DNA of 64,000 bases from Ilumatobacteraceae bacterium (lineage in GTDB: Bacteria > Actinomycetota > Acidimicrobiia > Acidimicrobiales > Ilumatobacteraceae): positions 472 through 64,471 of the forward strand of contig JBEVOM010000150.1 in assembly GCA_040507575.1 (NCBI GenBank), in the 5' to 3' direction. The translations under genes were made by a program, and so were the position numbers. Of this stretch, positions 51,762 through 58,399 are shown in pieces. The notes under the pieces were generated by a model that saw only the letters and a program-made list of their open reading frames with translations, was not told the origin of the DNA and did not search any database. The number at the start of each line of letters is the position of its first letter. The first letter of the stretch is position 1.

Positions 51762-52948
51762 GCCCGTCCGCCCACGCCTTCGACACCGGCGGCCTCGACG
51801 CCTGCCCGTTCATGCCGGTGTTCGGGCCGCCGCAGCTGATGTTCGTGAAGGGTCGCGGCACCGAGCTGTGGGACAGCAACGGGAAGCGCTACCTCGACTT
51901 CCTCGGCGGGCTGGCCGTCATCGGCCTCGGCCACGCCAACCCGGTCGTCGCGGCCGCCATCGCCGAGCAGGCGGGGGAGCTGTTGCACGTCAGCAACCTG
52001 TTCGCCAACCCGGTCGCCACCCGGGCCGCCGTCGAGGTCGACCGGCTGCTGGCCGAGGCGACGGGCGACGCCGGCCAGGTGTTCTTCACGAACTCCGGCG
52101 CCGAGGCGATCGAGTGCGCCCTGAAGCTGGCTCGCAAGCACGGCGGCCGCAACCGCCATGTCGTCGTCAGCGCGCTCGGCAGCTTCCACGGCCGCACCCT
52201 GGCGGCCCTGGCCGCCACCGGCCAGCCGACCAAGCACGAGCCGTTCCAGCCCATGCCCGAGGGCTTCCACCACGTCGCGTGGGGTGACGTCGGCGCGATG
52301 GCCAAGGCCGTCGACGCCTCGGTCGCCGCAGTCCTGATCGAACCGGTGCAGGGGGAGGGAGGCGTCAACATGGCCCCTGACGGCTACCTCCGCGCGATCC
52401 GCGAGATCTGTGACGACACCGGTGCGCTGATGATGATCGACGAGATCCAGACCGGGTTCGGGCGCACGGGGCGCTGGTTCGCGTTCGAGCACGACGGCGT
52501 GCGTCCCGACGTCGTCACGCTGGCCAAGGCGATGGGCAACGGGATGCCGGTCGGCGCGTGCTGGGCCCGTCGTGAGATCGCGGCCGTGTTCGAGCCCGGC
52601 GACCACGGCAGCACCTACAGCGGCACGGCGATCGCCACCGCGGCGGTGAACGCCGTGATCGACGAGATGCGCCGCCTCGGTGCGCCCGCCCTGGCCGCCG
52701 ACCAGGGCGCCAAGCTGGCTGCGGGACTCGCCGCGCTGCCCGGTGTGACAGCGGTCCGCGGTCGCGGGCTCCTGCTCGCAGCCGAGCTGGAGGCCGGTGG
52801 GGCACCTGCCGTGCAGCGTCGTCTGCTCGACGCCGGGCTGGTCACGAACGCAGTGACCCCCACGGCCCTGCGCCTGGCCCCACCGCTGACGGTCAGCGAC
52901 GAGGAGATCGTCGAGGCTGTGGGCCTCATCGCGGCGGCGCTGTCGTGA
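51758..52948 (+). CDS. argD: acetylornithine aminotransferase
   Basis: Class III aminotransferase motifs (NSGAEA, MMIDEIQTGFGRTG, TLAKAMGNG with the PLP Lys). ATGA overlap with argB. Confidence 0.95.
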   Translation: MSPSAHAFDTGGLDACPFMPVFGPPQLMFVKGRGTELWDSNGKRYLDFLGGLAVIGLGHANPVVAAAIAEQAGELLHVSNLFANPVATRAAVEVDRLLAEATGDAGQVFFTNSGAEAIECALKLARKHGGRNRHVVVSALGSFHGRTLAALAATGQPTKHEPFQPMPEGFHHVAWGDVGAMAKAVDASVAAVLIEPVQGEGGVNMAPDGYLRAIREICDDTGALMMIDEIQTGFGRTGRWFAFEHDGVRPDVVTLAKAMGNGMPVGACWARREIAAVFEPGDHGSTYSGTAIATAAVNAVIDEMRRLGAPALAADQGAKLAAGLAALPGVTAVRGRGLLLAAELEAGGAPAVQRRLLDAGLVTNAVTPTALRLAPPLTVSDEEIVEAVGLIAAALS

Positions 52949-53856
52949 CGCGCCACTTCCTGGATGTCACCGATCTGACGCCGGTCGAGCTGCGCGAGGT
53001 GCTCGACCTCGCGGTCGTCGCCCCGGCCGACCTCGGGCGGCCGCTCGCCGGCACCGGCGTGGCGCTGCTGTTCGAGAAGCAGTCGCTGCGCACCCGGCAC
53101 TCGATGGAGATGGCGGTCACCCAGCTCGGTGGGCATCCCGTCTACACCCGCAACGACGAGATCGGCATCGACGTGCGTGAGCCGATCGAGGACGTCGTGC
53201 AGATCTTGCAGGGGTACCACGGCGTGATCGCCGCCCGCGTCTTCTCCCACCGGGTGCTGGAGCGGATGGTCGAGGTGGCCACCGTGCCGATCGTCAACAT
53301 GCTGTCGGACCACTCGCACCCGTTGCAGGCGCTGGCCGATGCGCTGACGATGGAGGAGGTCCTCGGGCCCCTCGCCGGCCGCACCATCGCTTGGGTCGGC
53401 GACTACAACAACGTCGCCCGCTCGCTCGGCGAGGTCGGCGCGATGCTCGGCGCCGACGTGCGCTTCGCCTGCCCGCACGGCTACGAGGCCGATGCCGCCG
53501 AGCTCGAGCGGCTGCAGCTCCTCGGGACGAGCAGCGTCACCCAGACGACCCGACCGGACGAGGCGGTGGCCGGCGCCGACGCCGTGCATTCGGACACGTG
53601 GGTCTCGATGGGACAGGAGGCCGATCAGGCCGCTCGCAAGCAGGCGTTCGAAGGCTTCACGGTCGATGATGCCCTGATGGCGCTCGCCGCGCCCGACGCC
53701 GTGTTCATGCACTGCCTCCCCGCCTACCGGGGGCTCGAGGTGACCGCCGATGTGATCGACGGACCGCGCAGCGTCGTCTACCGGCAGGGTCACAACCGCC
53801 TGCACTCGGCCCGCGGGCTCCTCGCGTTCCTGGCCCGAGCGGACCCCCCGTCGTGA
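52945..53856 (+). CDS. argF: ornithine carbamoyltransferase
   Basis: FEKQSLRTR, HPLQALAD, DTWVSMG and HCLPA motifs. GTGA overlap with argD. Confidence 0.95.
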   Translation: MTRHFLDVTDLTPVELREVLDLAVVAPADLGRPLAGTGVALLFEKQSLRTRHSMEMAVTQLGGHPVYTRNDEIGIDVREPIEDVVQILQGYHGVIAARVFSHRVLERMVEVATVPIVNMLSDHSHPLQALADALTMEEVLGPLAGRTIAWVGDYNNVARSLGEVGAMLGADVRFACPHGYEADAAELERLQLLGTSSVTQTTRPDEAVAGADAVHSDTWVSMGQEADQAARKQAFEGFTVDDALMALAAPDAVFMHCLPAYRGLEVTADVIDGPRSVVYRQGHNRLHSARGLLAFLARADPPS

Positions 53857-53917
53857 GGACCCGGGCCCGAACCCTCGCGCCCCCCACCATCTGGGCGCGC
53901 ACCGTCTCGACGACCAT

Positions 53918-53961
53918 CCTGGGCGCGGAGGGTCTCGGATCCGGGACCCTCCGCGCCCAGG
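53918..53961. other. long perfect inverted repeat (17-bp arms) in the argF-argR spacer
   Basis: CCTGGGCGCGGAGGGTC (53918-53934) and GACCCTCCGCGCCCAGG (53945-53961), with a 10-nt centre containing the CGGATCCG palindrome. No U-tract follows. Confidence 0.6.
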
Positions 53962-53986
53962 TGCCAGCAGACGCGGCTGGCGCGGC

Positions 53987-54469
53987 GTGAGCGTCAAGCA
54001 GCAGCGCCAGCAGGCGATCGCCCGGCTCATCGGCCAGCATCGGGTGGCCAACCAGCCCCAGCTGCTCGACCTCCTGGCCGGCGAGCGGATCACCGCCACG
54101 CAGGCAACCGTGTCGCGTGACCTCGAGGAGCTCGGCGCCATCAAGGTGCGGGTGCCAGGCGGTCACTCGGTGTACGCGCTCCCCGAACTGGAGTCCGACC
54201 GCCTCGCGCCGTTCGACCAGTTGCGCCGCGTGCTCGGCGAGTGGGTCGGCGACGTCGCGTCGTCGGCCAACATCGTCGTGCTGCGCACGCCGCCGGGCTG
54301 TGCCCACGTCGTCGCGTCGGCGCTCGACCGCAGTGCCGTCGACGGTCTCCTCGGCACGGTCGCCGGCGACGACACCGTGTTGTGCGTCGCCGGTCTCGGC
54401 ACGACGGGTGACGCGTTGGCCGACCGCTTCCGCCGCCTTGCCGGCCTCGCCGCGGGGGACGACTCGTGA
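53987..54469 (+). CDS. argR: arginine repressor
   Basis: Winged-helix N-domain (ATQATVSRDLEELG) and a C-terminal oligomerisation/arginine-binding domain (GTVAGDDTVL). Confidence 0.9.
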   Translation: MSVKQQRQQAIARLIGQHRVANQPQLLDLLAGERITATQATVSRDLEELGAIKVRVPGGHSVYALPELESDRLAPFDQLRRVLGEWVGDVASSANIVVLRTPPGCAHVVASALDRSAVDGLLGTVAGDDTVLCVAGLGTTGDALADRFRRLAGLAAGDDS

Positions 54470-55878
54470 ACCGGGACGACGAACGTCCCACCCCGACCGG
54501 TTCGACGCTGTGGCACGGTCGCTTCGCCGGGGGTCCGGCCGACGCGTTGATGGCGTACACGGTGAGCCTGCCGTTCGACCGGCGCTTGTGGCGTGACGAC
54601 GTCCACGGCTCGCGGGCCCATGTCGGCGGCCTGGCCCGGGCCGGGCTCCTCGACGAGACGGAGCGGGCTGCAGTGCTCGCCGCTCTCGACACGGTCGAGA
54701 GCGAGATGGCCGACGGGACGTTCGCGTTCGCGGCCAGCGACGAGGACATCCACACCGCGGTCGAGCGTCGCGTCACCGAGCTCGCCGGGAGCGCCGGCGC
54801 CAAGCTGCACACCGCCCGGAGCCGCAACGACCAGGTGGCCACCGATCTGCGGCTCTGGTGCAAGCGGGAGCTGATCGGCGTCGGTCGGCTCGTGGCCGCT
54901 CTGGAGACCGTGCTGCTCTCCCGGGCAGTCGAAGCCGGCGACACGTACCTCCCCGGCTACACCCACCTCCAACGGGCCCAACCCGTCCTGCTCGCCCACC
55001 ACCTCCTGGCCCACGCGTGGGCGTTGTCGCGCGACGTCGACCGCCTCGTGGCGACGGTCGACCGGCTGGACGTGTCACCGCTCGGCGCCGGAGCCCTTGC
55101 CGGGACGTCCCTCCCGATCGATCCGGCGTCGACGGCAGAGGCGCTCGGTTTCGCCGACGTGTTCGCGAACTCGCTCGACGCGGTCAGTGATCGGGACTTC
55201 GTCGCCGAGGCGTTGTTCGACCTCGCGCTGGTCGGCATCCACCTCGCCCGCCTCGGCGAGGAGTGGGTGCTGTGGACGACGGAGGAGTTCGGCTTCGCCC
55301 GCCTCGACGACGCGTACGCCACCGGGTCGTCGATGCTGCCGCAGAAGAAGAACCCCGACATCGCCGAACTGGCCCGCGGCAAGGCCGGGCGGCTGATCGG
55401 CAACCTCACGGGACTGTTGGCCACGCTGAAGGGGCTGCCGTTGGCCTACAACCGCGACCTCCAGGAGGACAAGGAGCCGCTGTTCGACGCCGTCGACCAG
55501 GTCAGCCTGGCCCTCGTCGCGATCGCCGGGATGATCGACACGGCGACGTTCGTGCCTCAGCGGATGGCGGCGGCGGCCGACGCCGAGACCGTCGCCGCCA
55601 CCGATCTGGCCGAGTGGCTCGTCGCCGACGGCACACCGTTCCGCGACGCCCACGCCATCGTCGGGGAGCTCGTGCGTCGCCACCTCGCCGGCGAGGGCAC
55701 GCTGCGCGATCTGGTCGAGGCCGACGCCCGACTCGGTCCTGACGCCGCGGCCCTCGTCGCGCCGGGCGTCGGCGTGCACCGCCGACGCTCACCAGGCGGT
55801 GCCGGTCCGGAGCCGGTCGCCGTGCAGTTCACCCGCTTCGAGGAGTCGCTGCGCCGGCAGCACGAGATGCTCGGGTGA
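54466..55878 (+). CDS. argH: argininosuccinate lyase
   Basis: LWHGRF N-terminus, TARSRNDQV, YTHLQRAQP and GSSMLPQKKNPD signature. GTGA overlap with argR. Confidence 0.95.
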   Translation: MNRDDERPTPTGSTLWHGRFAGGPADALMAYTVSLPFDRRLWRDDVHGSRAHVGGLARAGLLDETERAAVLAALDTVESEMADGTFAFAASDEDIHTAVERRVTELAGSAGAKLHTARSRNDQVATDLRLWCKRELIGVGRLVAALETVLLSRAVEAGDTYLPGYTHLQRAQPVLLAHHLLAHAWALSRDVDRLVATVDRLDVSPLGAGALAGTSLPIDPASTAEALGFADVFANSLDAVSDRDFVAEALFDLALVGIHLARLGEEWVLWTTEEFGFARLDDAYATGSSMLPQKKNPDIAELARGKAGRLIGNLTGLLATLKGLPLAYNRDLQEDKEPLFDAVDQVSLALVAIAGMIDTATFVPQRMAAAADAETVAATDLAEWLVADGTPFRDAHAIVGELVRRHLAGEGTLRDLVEADARLGPDAAALVAPGVGVHRRRSPGGAGPEPVAVQFTRFEESLRRQHEMLG

Positions 55879-55914
55879 GTGAACGGGTGCGTGAACGGGT
55901 GCGTGGGTGAGCGG
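55879..55914. repeat. tandem 12-mer filling the argH-mpg spacer
   Basis: GTGAACGGGTGC x2 (55879-55890, 55891-55902) plus a degenerate third unit, GTGGGTGAGCGG, that contains the mpg GTG start. Confidence 0.5.
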
Positions 55915-56476
55915 GAGCGTGCTGGGCCGCAGCTTCTTCGCCCGTGACGCCACCGTCGTCGCACCCGAGCTGCTCGGCAAGGTGCTCGTCGCCGGCGTCT
56001 GTGCCGGCCGGATCGTCGAGGTCGAGGCGTACCGGAGCGATGACCCGGCCAGCCACACGTTCCGCGGTCCGACGGCTCGCAACGCGGTCATGTTCGGTCC
56101 GGCTGGTCACCTGTACGTCTACTTCACGTACGGCATGCACCACTGCGCCAACGTCGTCACCGGCGAGCTCGGCGATGGGCAGGCGGTGCTGCTCCGGGCG
56201 CTGCACCCCCTGGACGGGATCGCGGTGATGCGGCGCCGCCGCGGCGGGAAGCCGGATGCCCGGCTCACCGACGGCCCGGGCAAGCTGTGCCAGGCGCTGG
56301 GCATCGACCGCACCGTCGACGGCATCGACCTGTGCGCCGGCGGAGGCGACGTCACGATCGTGGACGACGGCACGCCGCCACCCGTCGAGCCACGCATCAC
56401 CGCGCGCATCGGCATCAGCGTCGCCACCGACACGCCGTGGCGCTGGCTGGCGCCACCGCCACCGAACCGGGTCTGA
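55907..56476 (+). CDS. mpg: DNA-3-methyladenine glycosylase (Mpg/AAG family)
   Basis: [17 protein letters not shown] and [18 protein letters not shown] motifs. Confidence 0.9.
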   Translation: MSGSVLGRSFFARDATVVAPELLGKVLVAGVCAGRIVEVEAYRSDDPASHTFRGPTARNAVMFGPAGHLYVYFTYGMHHCANVVTGELGDGQAVLLRALHPLDGIAVMRRRRGGKPDARLTDGPGKLCQALGIDRTVDGIDLCAGGGDVTIVDDGTPPPVEPRITARIGISVATDTPWRWLAPPPPNRV

Positions 56477-56603
56477 CGTCGGCCCCGGGTGGCCCCGGAT
56501 CACTGGGAGCTCGGGTGTCCGACTGCACCGTTGTCCGGGCGCGCCTGGTCCCGATGTCGAGACCCTTCACGCCCAGATCGACAGCGTGCCGCGTCGCACC
56601 ACG

Positions 56604-56807
56604 TCAGCCGATGCCGTCGACCGGCACGTTGCTCGCTGCCTCGACGGTGCGCACGGCGTCCTCGGTGGCGTCGTCGAAGAACCCGGACACCGCCACGACC
56701 TGACCCTGCTCGCCGAGCAGTCGCTGGAGCACCTCGACGACCAGCCCTTCGTCGCCGACCCGCACCGTCGGCCACGTCAGGGTCGGCACCGTCGGCGTCC
56801 ACGGCAC
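56604..56807 (-). CDS. small peptidoglycan-binding-domain (PG_binding_1-like) protein; possibly the 3' part of a frameshifted gene starting at 56877
   Basis: VRVGDEGLVVEVLQRLLG...VSGFFDDATEDAVRTVE...VPVDGI follows the G-x-G-x-x-V-x-x-LQ ... DG-x-FG-x-x-T-x-x-AV pattern. GTG at 56807. No signal peptide. Confidence 0.55.
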   Translation of the reverse strand: MPWTPTVPTLTWPTVRVGDEGLVVEVLQRLLGEQGQVVAVSGFFDDATEDAVRTVEAASNVPVDGIG

Positions 56808-56964
56808 GCATGTCGTAGTCGTCGTCGGCCCGAGGTGTGAACGTCACCCGGAAGTCGTCGTAGACGTAGGTGGCCATCCCCACATGAGAGGATCGACGAC
56901 GCAGCGCGCTGATGCAAGCACCGCCCGAGGCACGGGTCGCAGCGGTCAGCAAGGGAGTGCGGCG

Positions 56965-58374
56965 ATGGCCAAGGAGCCGATGGGTGACGTGATCGTGCTG
57001 CTGCCGGGGATCCTCGGCAGTGTGCTGGAGCGCGACGGCGAGGAGGTCTGGGCGCCGAGCCCCGGCGCCATCGGCCGGGCGCTGTGGTCGCTCGGCCGGA
57101 GCGTGACCACGCTGGCGCTCGACGGCGACCCCTGGGAGACCGACGACCTCGGCGACGGCGTCGTCGCGACCCGTCTGATGCCCGGCATCCACATCGTCCC
57201 CGGACTCTGGGGCATCGACATCTACAGCGGCATCTCGGCGATGATCCGCGAGCACTTCGACGTCGTGCCCGGCGAGACGTACGTCGAGTTCGCCTACGAC
57301 TGGCGGCGCGACAACCGCGTCGCCGCCCGACGGTTGCGGCGCCTGGTCGACGAGAAGCTGCATGCTCGCCGCTCGGTGAACCCGGGGGCCAAGGTCATCC
57401 TCATCGGTCACTCGATGGGCGGGCTCGTGGCGCGTTGGTTCCTGGAGTGCATGGACGGCTGGCGCGACACCCGCATGCTGATCACGTTCGGCACGCCCCA
57501 CCGCGGATCGGTGAACGCCGTCGACTTCCTGGTCAACGGTCTGGTCAAGAAGGTCGGGCCCCTCAAGGTCGCCGACCTCACGACACTGCTGCGCTCGTTG
57601 ACCTCCGTGTACCAGCTCCTACCGATCTACCCGTGCATCGACATGGGCGACGGCTACCGACGCGTCGCCGAGATGGCAGACGAGCTCCCGGGGGTCGACG
57701 CCAGCCGGGCGACGAGCGCGCTCGAGGACTTCCACCGTGCGATCGAAGCCGGCGTGGGTCGTCGTGAGCCCGACGCGTACACCATCCACTCGGTGGTCGG
57801 GATCACGCAGGGCACCAAGCAGTCTGCCCGATGGGACGGCTCACACCTGGTCGTCGAGCGGAGCCACGGCGGCGAGGACATGGGTGGTGACGGGACGGTG
57901 CCACGGGTCTCGGCGACACCACTCGAGACCGACGACGCACCGTCGTACCAACCGATGTACTCCTCCGAGCAACACGGGTCGCTGCAGACCGCGGAGGCGG
58001 TGCGGACCCAGCTCCTCGGCATCCTCACCGCCCGTCCACGCCCCGGGTTCCGCGCCGCCCAGGGCATCCGTCTCGACGCCGACGACGTGCTGGCCGCAGG
58101 CGAGAGCCTGGTCGTCGGGGCCTGGCCGGACCTCCCCAACCTCACGCTGCAGGCGAGCGTGGTCGACGTCGCGACCGGGCGCCCGATCGGCCCGCCTTCC
58201 ACGATGCGGCGCGACGCCGACGACGTCCACCACGCCGAGCTGGCACCGCTCCCGACCGGGGACTACCGGCTGCGCGTGGAAGCGGTCGGGGACAGCGCGG
58301 GCCTCGCCGACCCCGTCCACGGCCTGGTGTGCGTCCTCGATGATCGCCCGCCCGACGACGAGCCTGCGCCGTGA
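56965..58374 (+). CDS. LCAT/PGAP1-type alpha/beta-hydrolase lipase with C-terminal non-catalytic extension, no signal peptide
   Basis: VLLPGILGS N-terminal motif, GHSMGG elbow (Ser codon 57412-57414), GGDGTVP (Asp codon 57889-57891) and EQHGS (His codon 57973-57975). ATG 56965 with GGGAG 8 nt upstream is preferred over ATG 56884. Confidence 0.8.
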   Translation: MAKEPMGDVIVLLPGILGSVLERDGEEVWAPSPGAIGRALWSLGRSVTTLALDGDPWETDDLGDGVVATRLMPGIHIVPGLWGIDIYSGISAMIREHFDVVPGETYVEFAYDWRRDNRVAARRLRRLVDEKLHARRSVNPGAKVILIGHSMGGLVARWFLECMDGWRDTRMLITFGTPHRGSVNAVDFLVNGLVKKVGPLKVADLTTLLRSLTSVYQLLPIYPCIDMGDGYRRVAEMADELPGVDASRATSALEDFHRAIEAGVGRREPDAYTIHSVVGITQGTKQSARWDGSHLVVERSHGGEDMGGDGTVPRVSATPLETDDAPSYQPMYSSEQHGSLQTAEAVRTQLLGILTARPRPGFRAAQGIRLDADDVLAAGESLVVGAWPDLPNLTLQASVVDVATGRPIGPPSTMRRDADDVHHAELAPLPTGDYRLRVEAVGDSAGLADPVHGLVCVLDDRPPDDEPAP

Positions 58375-58399
58375 CGCCGGTGCGTGACCCGAGCGCAGG

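Noticed and set aside
53935-53944. Relationship between the argF-argR hairpin and the pheS-leader hairpin, because both contain GGATCCGGG.
   Set aside because: Similarity is limited to ~9 nt around a BamHI-like palindrome and the flanking arms are unrelated. This is probably chance in GC-rich palindromes.
56884-56964. Upstream ATG (56884) as the lipase start, adding MRGSTTQRADASTARGTGRSGQQGSAA.
   Set aside because: The extension is low-complexity and lacks a Shine-Dalgarno. ATG 56965 has GGGAG 8 nt upstream and gives the typical short N-terminus before the LLPGILGS motif. The alternative is kept as a note only.
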